Source: Rubrobacter sp. (GTDB taxonomy: Bacteria > Actinomycetota > Rubrobacteria > Rubrobacterales > Rubrobacteraceae). Taken from it: 64,000 nt of DNA. Positions within the stretch are counted from its first letter, which is position 1; each line of letters starts with the position of its first letter. Location of the stretch: contig DASYWA010000084.1 in NCBI GenBank assembly GCA_035936475.1, positions 22,930 through 86,929 of the forward strand, written 5' to 3'. Positions 37,319-49,695 of this stretch are shown one piece after another. The notes beneath the pieces are model-generated. The model saw nothing but the letters and a program-made list of their open reading frames with translations. It did no database searches and had not been told where the DNA came from. The position numbers and the translations under genes are program-made.

Positions 37319-38410
37319 CTACCTCTCCTCGTCTATAAGCGCCTGGACTTCGTCGAGTATCTCCCCGGCGACTTCGGCCTTGGTGGCCCGCGGAACGAAG
37401 CGCTCCCCGCTACGCGTGACCACGTGCACCTCGTTCTCCTCCGCGCCGAAACCGACGCCCTCGCGCGAGATGTCGTTGCCGACCACGACGTCGGCGTCCT
37501 TCTTCTCGAGCTTCTCGCGGGCGTCCGACGCGGGGTCCCCGTGGGTCGCCGCGAATCCTACCATAAAGAGTTCCGGGTTCTGCTCCCGCACCGCCCGCAG
37601 GACGTCGGGGGTGGGCGCGAGCTCGACGCTCCTGACCCCGGAGCTGCGCCGGATCTTCTCCCTCGACGGCGCCGCCGGCGTGAAGTCCGAGACGGCCGCC
37701 GCCATGACGAGCACGTCCGCCCCCCCGGCCTCCCGCAGGACCTCGTCCCGCAGCTCCTCGACGGTGCGCACGTCGCGCCACGCCACCCCCGGCTCTCGCC
37801 GCCCGATGTTCGCCGCTACCACGACAACCTCGGCGCCCCGCCTCATGGCCTCCCTGGCGAGCGCCAGGCCCATCTTTCCCGAGGAGAGGTTCCCGATGAA
37901 CCGGACGCTGTCGAGCGGCTCGTGGGTGCCCCCGGCGGTCACGAGCACCCTAAGGCCCCTCATCGGTCCCCCGAGACCGCCGAGCACCCCCGCGACGACC
38001 TCATCCACGTCGGCCAAACCGCCGCCCTCTCCCAGAAGAATCTTTGCGCCGCCGGCGCGCAGCCTGTTCAGGTTCGTCCGCACCGCGGGATTCTCCGCGG
38101 TCGCCGCGTCGAGGTCGGGCGCCACGAAGATGGGCGCGCCGCCCGCCCGTGCGCCAGCCGCCGGGTGGTCGAGGCCGTGGGCCAGCCGGGCAAGCGTGCC
38201 GGCCGTCGCCGGCAGGAACAGTACCGCGTCAGGGACGCCGCGGGGGTTCCCGACTACGGCGGACGAGGGCAGAAAAGAGCCCGGTCCGACGAAGTGCTCG
38301 GTACCGGGCTCCAGTAGGACCTGGACTTCGTGTCCCGCCGCCGCCAGTTCGCGGGCGACGGGGGGGGCGGTGAGCGCCGCCCCCGTGGGGCCGACGGAGA
38401 CCAGGATCAC
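37319..38410 (-). CDS. coaBC: CoaBC: intact CoaB domain, degenerate CoaC domain
   Basis: VTAGGT.E.LD.VRFIGN.SSGKMG, AAVSDF; N-terminal flavoprotein-like PATA..LA. Confidence 0.88.
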   Translation of the reverse strand: MILVSVGPTGAALTAPPVARELAAAGHEVQVLLEPGTEHFVGPGSFLPSSAVVGNPRGVPDAVLFLPATAGTLARLAHGLDHPAAGARAGGAPIFVAPDLDAATAENPAVRTNLNRLRAGGAKILLGEGGGLADVDEVVAGVLGGLGGPMRGLRVLVTAGGTHEPLDSVRFIGNLSSGKMGLALAREAMRRGAEVVVVAANIGRREPGVAWRDVRTVEELRDEVLREAGGADVLVMAAAVSDFTPAAPSREKIRRSSGVRSVELAPTPDVLRAVREQNPELFMVGFAATHGDPASDAREKLEKKDADVVVGNDISREGVGFGAEENEVHVVTRSGERFVPRATKAEVAGEILDEVQALIDEER

Positions 38411-38429
38411 GGGTTCGCGCCTAAAGCCG

Positions 38430-38804
38430 CTAGGCCGCGCCCGCGCCCTCCTCGTCGTCCTCGGGGGCGCCGGAATCGACGGAGGTCGCTTCGGGGGCGC
38501 CCGCGCCGCCCGGCGGGCTCACGAACGCGTCGCCGGCCGCGGCGCCGACCTGCTCCTCGGCCTCCTCCGGGGGCTGCTTGAAGGTGACCTCCAGCTTGCC
38601 CTGGCGGAGCTCCTCGATGGCGATCGTGAGGGGGTGCTGCGAGCGCGTATGCACCTGCGGCCCGGGGATGCCCAAAGCGTCGTTCAGGCCGAGGGTGGAG
38701 GTGTACTCGTTGATCTGGCGCGCCCGCTTGGCGCTCGAGACGACCAGCCCGTAGCGCGAGTCCACCTTGCCGAGCAGATCGTCTATCTTCAGGTCATTCA
38801 GCAT
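38430..38804 (-). CDS. rpoZ: RNA polymerase omega subunit
   Basis: DSRYGLV..SAKRARQI, KPL-like HPLTIAIEE. Confidence 0.93.
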   Translation of the reverse strand: MLNDLKIDDLLGKVDSRYGLVVSSAKRARQINEYTSTLGLNDALGIPGPQVHTRSQHPLTIAIEELRQGKLEVTFKQPPEEAEEQVGAAAGDAFVSPPGGAGAPEATSVDSGAPEDDEEGAGAA

Positions 38805-39369
38805 CTTTGCCTCCCGCTACTATGGTTTCCATCGTCTCTATCATATCCCTGCGCGCCCGGTCCCACTCGCCGTTGACGACCTCGTAGTCGAACTCGTCGC
38901 GGGCCGCCACCTCGCCCACCGCCGTTACCAGCCGGGTCTCCATGGCCTCGGCGGTCTCCGTGGCCCTGCCCGAGAGCCTGCGCCGCGTCTCCTCCAGCGA
39001 CGGGGCCCGGACGAAGACCATCGCCGCATCCGGCCGCTTCTGGCGCACCTGCCTGGCGCCCTGGAGCTCTATCTCCAGTATCACCGAGCGGCCTGCATCC
39101 AACAACTCCTCGACCTTCCCTTCGGGCGTCCCGTAGAGGTTGTCAGAGTACTCTGCACACTCGAGGAACTTTCCCTCCTCGACCCAACGCTCGAACTCCT
39201 CCCTCGTAAGGAAGACGTAGTGCTCGCCGTGGACCTCGCCGGGCCTCGGCGCCCTGGTGGTGGCCGAGACGGAGTAGGCGAGCTCCGGCACGGAATCGAG
39301 CGCCTCCCGGATGAGCGTGGATTTGCCGGCTCCGGACGGGCCGGAGACGACGATCAGGCGTCCTCGCAC
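38794..39369 (-). CDS. gmk: Guanylate kinase
   Basis: SGPSGAGKST, SVSATTR.PRPGE..G..Y.F, YGTP. Confidence 0.97.
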   Translation of the reverse strand: MRGRLIVVSGPSGAGKSTLIREALDSVPELAYSVSATTRAPRPGEVHGEHYVFLTREEFERWVEEGKFLECAEYSDNLYGTPEGKVEELLDAGRSVILEIELQGARQVRQKRPDAAMVFVRAPSLEETRRRLSGRATETAEAMETRLVTAVGEVAARDEFDYEVVNGEWDRARRDMIETMETIVAGGKDAE

Positions 39370-39677
39370 CCGAGCGCCCCGAGTAGCCGGTCCCGCTGCC
39401 CGTGCGTCAGGCCCGCGAGGGTCTTCGATCGGCTTATGCCGGCCTCCCTGAGCACGCGCGTGACCTTGATCCTGCCCATCCCTTTCATCGCGAGGAGCAT
39501 CTCTTCGACCTTGGCGCCCCGCAACTCCTCAGATGGGTCCATGAGCAAATCGTAGACGCCGAGGTCCCCGCTCTTGAGGTCCCGCTTGGTGGCGGCCCTG
39601 GCGAAGCGCACCCTGTTCGCCTCTTCGAGCGCGTTGCGGCGCTCGTCGACCGTTCTCTCTGGTGCCCGCCTCAGCAT
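39354..39677 (-). CDS. mihF: Actinobacterial integration host factor (mIHF/sIHF)
   Basis: R..ALE.A...R..RA..K, G.G..K...L...GI...K...GL...QR; upstream of gmk. Confidence 0.88.
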   Translation of the reverse strand: MLRRAPERTVDERRNALEEANRVRFARAATKRDLKSGDLGVYDLLMDPSEELRGAKVEEMLLAMKGMGRIKVTRVLREAGISRSKTLAGLTHGQRDRLLGALGCEDA

Positions 39678-39786
39678 CAGCGCGCAAGTATACCATCGGC
39701 GCCCACGCCCCGTCACCCGAGGGCCGCGCCGGACCGGCGGCGTTCTGCGCGGGGGACGAACGCTCGAACGAAGCCCGGCTCCCCGA

Positions 39787-39835
39787 CGCCCCCACGCTCG
39801 GAGTGTGGGGGCGGTGTGGGGGCGCTGTGGGTGGT
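39787..39835. repeat. 11-bp direct repeats plus one inverted copy (candidate operator)
   Basis: GTGTGGGGGCG x2 (39803-39824), CTGTGGGTGGT (39825-39835), inverted CGCCCCCAC (39787-39795). Confidence 0.6.
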
Positions 39836-39900
39836 TCCCATCCGGCGAGGGCGGCATGCTGGTTACCAGGGCAGCTCGTCTAAAGAAAGGAGAACACAGG

Positions 39901-40125
39901 GTGTTTACGGGGATGGATCACTTGCTCTCCCTCGGGCGCCGCGCCGAGCTGGCGCGGGAGATCGATGTGGGGCGCCTCGAAAGAGAGCCACGGACGGGTC
40001 GGCGGCCCCGTCGCGAACCCCGGTGGGCGTTCTGGCTCCCCGGCGGGATCGAGGGCACCACCGGCGCGCCGCCCCCGCCGAAGATACGTCGTTTGCGGGA
40101 TGCCGGTTCCCTCGCGCGGACCTAA
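39901..40125 (+). CDS. Small hypothetical protein (74 aa)
   Basis: AAAGGAGA SD upstream of GTG; in-frame ATG 39913. Confidence 0.45.
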   Translation: MFTGMDHLLSLGRRAELAREIDVGRLEREPRTGRRPRREPRWAFWLPGGIEGTTGAPPPPKIRRLRDAGSLART

Positions 40126-40161
40126 GCTGCGACGGTTGAGAAGAAGAGATAGGAGAGAATT

Positions 40162-41568
40162 GTGGAGACCATAGGTATTGGTTCGACGCTCGAGTCCCTG
40201 CGGACGGGGCTGCGCGGCACGGCGTACGCGGCGGGCGAGGAAGGCTACGAGGAGGCGTCCAGGGCGTGGAACCTGAACGCGCGCCAGGAGCCCGCCGTGG
40301 TCGTGATGGCCGAGGGCGCGGCCGACGTGATGGCCGCCGTGCGCTTTGCCCGGGACCTAGGGGTGGGCGTCGGGGTTATGGCGACCGGGCACGGCGTGGG
40401 GGCCCCCTGCGACGGCGGCGTCCTCGTCAACACCTCCCGCATGAGGGGCGTGCGCGTAGATCCCGTAGCCCAGACGGCCAGGGTCGAGGCCGGGGCGCTC
40501 TGGACCGACGTGATCCCCGAGGCCCAGGCCCACGGGCTGGCAGGCCTCGTGGGCAGCAGCTCCCACGTCGGCGTCGTCGGCTACACGATGGGCGGCGGCT
40601 TCGGCTGGCTCGGTCGCCGCTTCGGCCTGAACGCAGCAAGCGTCACGGCGGCCGACGTCGTCACCGCCGACGGCGAGCTCCTGCGCGTGGGCGCCGAGGA
40701 GCACGCCGACCTCTTCTGGGGCCTCGGGGGCGGGGGCGGCAACTTCGGGATCGTCACCTCCCTGGAGTACCGGCTCTACCCGCTTACGACCGTCTACGGC
40801 GGCAACGTCTTCTACCCGGTCGAGAGGGCGAAGGAGGTCCTCGACCTCTACGCCCGCTGGAGCGCGGACCTGCCCGACGAGATGACGACGGCCGTCACCT
40901 TCCTGAACGTGCCCCCGCTGCCGGACATACCGGAGCCCCTGCGCGGCGGGTCGTTCGTGGTCGTGCGCGGCTGCTTCTCCGGGGAGAACCCAGGGGACGG
41001 CGAGGAGATGTTCCGCCCCGTGCGCGAGGGGATCGGCGACCCCGTCATGGACACCTTCGGGGTGATGCCCGTCGCGGCGATGGACGCCATCAGCATGGAC
41101 CCGGTCGACCCCATGGGCTCCGTCCAGCACTCGGAGATGCTGCGCGATCTCTCGCCCGGGGCCATAGACGCCCTCATCGACGTGGCAGGCCCCGACTCCG
41201 GATCCCCGCTGATCCTGCTCGAGATCCGGCAGCTGGGAGGGGCGCTGGACCGCGTCCCCGACCGCCTCTCCCCCATGGGCGGCGGCAAGGCCAGGTTCAT
41301 CATGAACGGCGTGGGGGCGACCTTTACCCCCGAGATGGCCGAGGGCGTAAGGGCGCACCTCGCCCGCGTGAACGAGGCGACGCGCGAGCACCAGACCGGC
41401 GAGACCTACGTCAACTTCATGGAGCTGGACGCCGCCGGCGAGGACCGGGTACGGGCGGCCTACCCGCCCGAGGACTTCGAGCGCCTCGTCGCGCTCAAGG
41501 ACCGCCACGACCCCGAAAACCTCTTCCGCTTCAACCGCAACATCGCCCCCTCGAAGGTGGCCAACTAG
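40162..41568 (+). CDS. FAD-binding oxidoreductase (VAO/berberine bridge enzyme-like)
   Basis: ATGHG flavinylation-site His, DLFWGLGGGGGNFGIVT, YVNF, K..HDP.NLF..N.NI. Confidence 0.92.
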   Translation: METIGIGSTLESLRTGLRGTAYAAGEEGYEEASRAWNLNARQEPAVVVMAEGAADVMAAVRFARDLGVGVGVMATGHGVGAPCDGGVLVNTSRMRGVRVDPVAQTARVEAGALWTDVIPEAQAHGLAGLVGSSSHVGVVGYTMGGGFGWLGRRFGLNAASVTAADVVTADGELLRVGAEEHADLFWGLGGGGGNFGIVTSLEYRLYPLTTVYGGNVFYPVERAKEVLDLYARWSADLPDEMTTAVTFLNVPPLPDIPEPLRGGSFVVVRGCFSGENPGDGEEMFRPVREGIGDPVMDTFGVMPVAAMDAISMDPVDPMGSVQHSEMLRDLSPGAIDALIDVAGPDSGSPLILLEIRQLGGALDRVPDRLSPMGGGKARFIMNGVGATFTPEMAEGVRAHLARVNEATREHQTGETYVNFMELDAAGEDRVRAAYPPEDFERLVALKDRHDPENLFRFNRNIAPSKVAN

Positions 41569-41597
41569 CGGCGGGAGGCAAGCCAATCGGCAGGAGC

Positions 41598-41623
41598 ACC
41601 GGGGGCCGCCCTTGGCCCCCGGT
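41598..41623 (+). terminator. GC-rich hairpin after FAD oxidase gene (no U-tract)
   Basis: ACCGGGGGCC-GCCCTT-GGCCCCCGGT, perfect 10-bp stem. Confidence 0.5.
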
Positions 41624-41655
41624 CGGAAAGCAAATCGAGTAGAGGAGGAGCAAAG

Positions 41656-41871
41656 ATGATCGGCAAACTGTTCGCCAACGAAGGGGCCAACGCCGCCCTG
41701 GTCGTCGTCCTCTCGGGGACGGTCGCGACGCTGGTGGCCCACGGCCCCGGTCGCGCGTCTTTCGGGCGGGTCCTCTCGGGGCTACTGTCGAACCCCGTGC
41801 CCCGGCGCGTGCCGTCCGCCCTCCGCCAAGGCCTGGTCTCCTCGCCGCCCGAACGGGGGGCCGCCGCATGA
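41656..41871 (+). CDS. Small hypothetical protein, N-terminal hydrophobic segment
   Basis: GAGGAGGAG SD; stop overlaps next ATG. Confidence 0.45.
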   Translation: MIGKLFANEGANAALVVVLSGTVATLVAHGPGRASFGRVLSGLLSNPVPRRVPSALRQGLVSSPPERGAAA

Positions 41872-42281
41872 TATACGACCGCCCGCGGCACGGGTCGTTC
41901 CCCGTCCCGGGCGAGTTCATGGAGGACGCCGAGACGGTGCGCGCCGCGTACCGCGCGCTCGAAGCCGGGGACGTCCGGACGCTGACCCGTTACCTGGACC
42001 CGCAGGTCGCGTGGGTCCACCCGGCGGTCGCCCGCCTCCCCTTCGACGGCCTCGTCCGCGGCCTGCCGGCGGTCCTTCGCTCCGCCTTCCGCCGAGAAAA
42101 GGACGGCGGCGGACCGCGGGCCTCCGCCGGTACCCTTCTGGAGCTCGGCGACAGCGTTCTCGTCGTCGGCCGGTTCGCGGAGCGCCACGGGACCGAAGAG
42201 TTCGAAGTGCCGTTCATGCACGAGTGCTTCGTCAGGGACGGCAGGATCTTCCGTATACGGGAGTACCCGGCGAAATCTTGA
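41868..42281 (+). CDS. SnoaL/NTF2-like protein
   Basis: VRAAYRAL.AGD....L.P.V.W, RDGRI..IREY. Confidence 0.75.
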   Translation: MIYDRPRHGSFPVPGEFMEDAETVRAAYRALEAGDVRTLTRYLDPQVAWVHPAVARLPFDGLVRGLPAVLRSAFRREKDGGGPRASAGTLLELGDSVLVVGRFAERHGTEEFEVPFMHECFVRDGRIFRIREYPAKS

Positions 42282-42430
42282 ATGCGCCGCGCTATCGCCG
42301 GGTCGGAACCGGGCCTAACTCGAAACGGGGCCTTCGCGATCACCCGGCGAGCCCCGCTACTTAGTGAGCCGCGCCACGAGGCTCGTCGCGACGATCTCGT
42401 TCGGGGCGGCCGTCCGCGGCCGCCGCACGC

Positions 42431-42967
42431 TCAGGCCTCCGCGATGGGCTTGTAGAAGATCGTGGTGTCGCAAGGCCGCCCGTCGGGCAGAAGGGCGTAA
42501 CCGGGCACCGGACCGACCCGCGTCCACCCCAAGCGCTCGTAGAGGCGCTCCGCGTCGCCGCTGGCCGTGTCGAGCACGAGCAGGGTTTTGCCCGCCGCCC
42601 GTGCGGCGTCTTCGGCCGCCCGCATGAGGGCGGCCCCGAGGCCCCGCCTGCGGGCGCAACGGTGGACCAGCGTCTTGGCCACGTCCGCCCGGTGCGGCTG
42701 GTTCTCCGGCTGCCCGAATACGACCTGCACGGTCCCGACGATCGCGCCGCTCGTCCGATCCTCGGCTACCAGTAGGATGCGCTCGCCGGCCTCGACGCCC
42801 TCCGCAACGTTCAACCAGAACGCGTCGGCCCTCTCCCGCGCCAGCGGCGCCATGAAACCGACGGAGTCGTCGCCCTCCACGCAGTCGATCAGGATTCCCG
42901 ACAGGGCAGGTACACTCTTCCTCGCCTCTCGTACCGAGAGGGAACGGACTACGGCGTGCTCGGTCAC
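42431..42967 (-). CDS. GNAT-family N-acetyltransferase
   Basis: QPENQPHRADVAK, ARRRGLG..L, LVLDTASG.AE.LY. Confidence 0.88.
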   Translation of the reverse strand: MTEHAVVRSLSVREARKSVPALSGILIDCVEGDDSVGFMAPLARERADAFWLNVAEGVEAGERILLVAEDRTSGAIVGTVQVVFGQPENQPHRADVAKTLVHRCARRRGLGAALMRAAEDAARAAGKTLLVLDTASGDAERLYERLGWTRVGPVPGYALLPDGRPCDTTIFYKPIAEA

Positions 42968-42977
42968 CCGGGACCCC

Positions 42978-43586
42978 TCAGCGCTCCGTCTCGCCACCGC
43001 TCGCCCGCGCCCGATCGGCGGTGAGCGCCACGACGTAGCGGGCGGGTCGGTCGGTCGGGTTGCGAAACGCGGTCGGCCGGTCGACGCGCATGGCGAGGCA
43101 GTCGCCAACGGCGAGCCGATAGGCGTCCGTGCCCACCGTGAGCTCGACCGCCCCCTCAAGCACCCAGACTTGCTGGCCGATGCCCATCGAGCGCGGCACG
43201 CCGTCGTAGGCGACACGCGCGCCGGATGGGAGGACCACCTCGACAAGCTCGATCGGCGAGGGAAAACCGGGCGGGGAGAGGTTGCGGCGCAGGTAGCCCG
43301 ACTCCGGATCGCGCCAGGCAGGCTGCTCGGCGCGCCGCGCCAGGGGAGAAGCCTCGCATCGCTCCTCTTCGGCGAACAGGGACGCAAGCGTCGTGCCAAG
43401 CCCCGTCGCGAGCCTGTGGAGGACGGCGGCCGTCGGACTACTCTCGCCACGCTCGACGAGCGAGATCATGGACCGGCTCACGCCCGCGCGCCCGGCGAGA
43501 CCGTCGAGCGTGAGACCACGCTCGATGCGTAAGGCCCGCAGCCGCCCCGCAAGCCGGGCGTCCGCTCCCGATGACCCGTATTCCAT
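42978..43586 (-). CDS. XRE-family HTH + cupin transcriptional regulator
   Basis: LTLDGLA..AGVSRSMISLVERGESSPT; WRDPESGYLRR; C-terminal cupin. Confidence 0.9.
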   Translation of the reverse strand: MEYGSSGADARLAGRLRALRIERGLTLDGLAGRAGVSRSMISLVERGESSPTAAVLHRLATGLGTTLASLFAEEERCEASPLARRAEQPAWRDPESGYLRRNLSPPGFPSPIELVEVVLPSGARVAYDGVPRSMGIGQQVWVLEGAVELTVGTDAYRLAVGDCLAMRVDRPTAFRNPTDRPARYVVALTADRARASGGETER

Positions 43587-43594
43587 TATGTCAG

Positions 43595-43621
43595 AGTATA
43601 TCTCCAATATATTAGAGTCAA
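43595..43621 (-). promoter_or_regulatory. Promoter (TTGACT-N15-TATACT) with palindromic operator, leaderless XRE gene
   Basis: -10 is 8 nt before ATG 43586; CTCCAATATATTAGAG (43602-43617) is a 14/16 palindrome. Confidence 0.6.
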
Positions 43622-43779
43622 GCGTCGACCTGGGATGCATGACGGTTCCCGCGCGCCTGTTCACTACGCCTCCGGGCCGGAGGCAAAGGTGGACGGGGAA
43701 GCCTCTTTAGTAGGATAAAGAAGTATGGTAGGCGCTCGTGGCGTGATTCGCAGAAGACACCCGCCGGGCCGTTCGGCCC

Positions 43780-44649
43780 TTACCGCAGGGCGCCCGTCAG
43801 CTCCGCCGCGCCCATATCGGCCTCGCGCAGGTACGCGGAGAACTCCGTTAGGATCTCGACCGGATCCCGGACAAAGCTTGCCGTCCCGACCTGGACCACG
43901 GTGGCCCCCGCGAGCATAAACTCGGCCGCGTCGATCCCGCTGGTGACGCCGCCGCCCCCGAGGACGGGCACGCCGACGGTCCTGGAGACGTCGTGGACGG
44001 CCTTGAGCGCGACGGGCTTAACGGCGGGTCCCGAGAGCCCGCCCCGCACCAGCACGGCCCTCTTTTTCGCGTCGATCGTGAGGGCCGGTATGGTGTTCAT
44101 GACCGTTAGCGCATCTGCTCCGGCGGATTCGGCGGCCCGGGCGTTCCCGACCACCCCCTCGTGGGTGAGCTTGGCGAAGAGCGGCTTCGCCGGTGCCGCG
44201 GCGCGGCAGGCGGCCACGACCTCATCGACGGCGGCGGGACCGGCGCAGAATGTGAGCCCGCCGTGCTCGACGTTGGGGCAGGAGAGGTTCAACTCTATGG
44301 CCGACACGCGGTCGTCCTCGGAGACCCTCTCGCAGAGGGCCGCGAAGTCTCGGACCGTCTCCCCCGCCACCGAGACGAAGATGGGGACGCCGAGATCGAA
44401 GGCTTCGAGGTCCTCCAAGAAGCGCTCCACGCCGGGGTTCTGCAGCCCGATGGAGTTGACCATCCCGGCCGGCGTCTCGGCGACGCGCGGCGGAGGGTTG
44501 CCCTTGCGGGCGGCCGGGGTCGTGGTCTTGGGCAGGATCGCCCCGTAGACCCCCTCTACCTCCCCGAGCGCCTCCTTGGCCAGCGTCCCGGAGGCCGGCA
44601 CGAGCGGCGTGCTCAGGGTCATCCCGCACAGCTTGACCGAGAGGTCCAC
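43780..44649 (-). CDS. pyrD: Dihydroorotate dehydrogenase 1B catalytic subunit (start 44649 or 44676)
   Basis: PASGT, GNPPPR, NSIGLQNPG, NLSCPN, GGLSGPAVKP. Confidence 0.95.
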   Translation of the reverse strand: MDLSVKLCGMTLSTPLVPASGTLAKEALGEVEGVYGAILPKTTTPAARKGNPPPRVAETPAGMVNSIGLQNPGVERFLEDLEAFDLGVPIFVSVAGETVRDFAALCERVSEDDRVSAIELNLSCPNVEHGGLTFCAGPAAVDEVVAACRAAAPAKPLFAKLTHEGVVGNARAAESAGADALTVMNTIPALTIDAKKRAVLVRGGLSGPAVKPVALKAVHDVSRTVGVPVLGGGGVTSGIDAAEFMLAGATVVQVGTASFVRDPVEILTEFSAYLREADMGAAELTGALR

Positions 44650-44669
44650 GCCCGTCGCCCTCTCCCGCA

Positions 44670-45400
44670 CTACCACGCGAGCACCTCCGCCCGGAAGACC
44701 GGCCCCTCGACGCAGGATCGGACGTATCCCCCGTCCACCGGCACCACGCAGCCGTTGCACGACCCGTTCCCGCAGCCCATCCTCTCCTCCACGGAGAGCT
44801 GCCGCAGCCCTTCGTGCCCCGCCGCGTCCTTCACGGCGGCCAGCATGGCGTTCGGGCCGCAGGCGTAGACGGTGGGGTACTGCTCGAGGTCTGGGGCGGC
44901 GTCGAGCACGGTGCCGGGGGTACCGGACGAACCGTCCATCGTGGCGACTGAGGAGCCGGGAAACCCTTCGGCGGCTGCCGCCGTCCTCGCGTCGAGGAAT
45001 CCCAGATATATATCGTGGGGGACGCCGCGTTCGGCGAGCTCTCTGCTCAAGATCTTGAGCGGCGCAACCCCGATTCCCCCGCCGAGCAGCGCGGCCCGAC
45101 CACCGGAGGCGCCTATCTCGAAGCCTCTGCCGAGCGGGGCGGTAACCTCTATCGTCTCCGTCGCCCGGTCAAGCAGCGCCGTGCCGCGGCCCCTTACCTC
45201 GAAGAGTAGGCTCGCCACCCCGTCCTCGAAATCGTAGAACGAGAACGGGCGGGCCAGGAAGGGGTCGAGGGTTACCGGGTAGCCGGCCGCGCGGGCCATG
45301 ACGAAGCGGCCCGGCTCCACCCCTCCGCCGGGCCAGCGGTAGCTGAGGAGGGTGTAGGCGCCGAGCTCGCGGCGGTCTTCGACCTCTACCGTGTGGAACC

Positions 45401-45404
<4 letters not shown>
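44670..45404 (-). CDS. pyrK: Dihydroorotate dehydrogenase electron transfer subunit
   Basis: [29 protein letters not shown]. Confidence 0.92.
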
Positions 45405-48565
<3,161 letters not shown>

Positions 48566-48567
48566 AT

Positions 48568-49695
48568 TTAGCCGACCACCGCCTTGGGCGACACGCTGTC
48601 TATGAACCCGTCGAAGAGGTAGCCGGAGTCGCGCGGCCCGGGGCTAGACTCCGGGTGGTACTGAACGCTCCAGGCGCGCATCTCCGGCGCGGAGATCCCC
48701 TCCACCGTTCCGTCGTAGAGGTTGCGGTGGGTCATCTCGACGCCTTCGGGCAGCGAGCCTTCGAGAACGGCGAAGCCGTGGTTCTGGCTCGTTATCTCGA
48801 TCCTGCCGTTCTCGAGGTTCCTGACCGGGTGGTTCGCCCCGTGGTGCCCGAACGGCATCTTGTACGTCTCGCAACCGAGGGCGAGGCCGAGAAGCTGGTG
48901 GCCCAGGCAGATCCCGAAGACCGGCACCTCGCCGAGCGCCGGACGCAGGGCGTCGACGGCGCGCTCCAGGGCCGCCGGGTCGCCGGGGCCGTTGGAGAGA
49001 AAGAGACCGTCGGGCTCTGTCGCCAGGATCTCCCCCGGCTCGGCCGAACCGGGCATCGCGAGCACCGTGGCGCCGCGGCTGCGGAGTTCTTTGTAGATGG
49101 AGCCCTTGACCCCGTAATCGAGGGCGACGACGCGGCACCGCTCCTCGCCGAAGGCCGGCATGAGGGTCGGTTCGGTGAGGTCCGAGCCCGAGGTCGCCAA
49201 GTCGAGGCCTACCATCGAGGGGTGGGCGTTGGCCTTCTCGCGCAGCACGTCCGGGTCTCTCTCTACGGTAGAGATGACGCCCCGCATAGCGCCCCTCTCC
49301 CTGATGCGCCGGGTAAGGGCGCGGGTGTCCATGCCCTCGATGCCGAGGACGCCCGCCCCGTCGAGGGTGGCGGCCAGGGACTCCTCGCTCGCCCAGTTGC
49401 TGTGGTAGGGCGTGTACTCGCGGACGAGGACGGCGGCGGCCTGGACGTCGCGGGACTCCTCGTCGCCGGGGATCATGCCGTAGTTGCCTATCAGGGGGTA
49501 GGTGAAGAGCACGATCTGGCCCCGGTAAGACGGGTCGGTGATGGTCTCCTGGTAACCGACCATGCTGGTCGTGAAGACAACCTCGCCCGCGACCTCGCCG
49601 TCCCCGGCAAAGGTCCAACCCTCGAAGACCGAACCGTCCTCGAGCACCAGCGTCGCCCTGCTGCGTCCCTGACGCCGGCTACCCGCGTGTTCCAA
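48568..49695 (-). CDS. carA: Carbamoyl-phosphate synthase small chain
   Basis: [30 protein letters not shown]; TTG 49695 after GGAG. Confidence 0.96.
   Translation of the reverse strand: MEHAGSRRQGRSRATLVLEDGSVFEGWTFAGDGEVAGEVVFTTSMVGYQETITDPSYRGQIVLFTYPLIGNYGMIPGDEESRDVQAAAVLVREYTPYHSNWASEESLAATLDGAGVLGIEGMDTRALTRRIRERGAMRGVISTVERDPDVLREKANAHPSMVGLDLATSGSDLTEPTLMPAFGEERCRVVALDYGVKGSIYKELRSRGATVLAMPGSAEPGEILATEPDGLFLSNGPGDPAALERAVDALRPALGEVPVFGICLGHQLLGLALGCETYKMPFGHHGANHPVRNLENGRIEITSQNHGFAVLEGSLPEGVEMTHRNLYDGTVEGISAPEMRAWSVQYHPESSPGPRDSGYLFDGFIDSVSPKAVVG

Noticed and set aside
37315-37330. SAM riboswitch upstream of metK; FMN riboswitch upstream of the RibD-like gene
   Set aside because: No room: metK starts 3 bp after the coaBC stop, and the RibD-like gene has a -10 only 8 nt before its start
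34193-38317. 1374-aa + strand ORF and many other long overlapping ORFs (e.g. 278-1534, 11534-13498, 21682-23715, 45425-47761)
   Set aside because: Antisense or off-frame shadows of well-supported genes in high-GC DNA; Arg/Gly/Pro-rich with no family motifs
43668-43684. GCCTCCGG-G-CCGGAGGC hairpin downstream of pyrD
   Set aside because: Very short loop and no U-tract on either strand; terminator function cannot be supported
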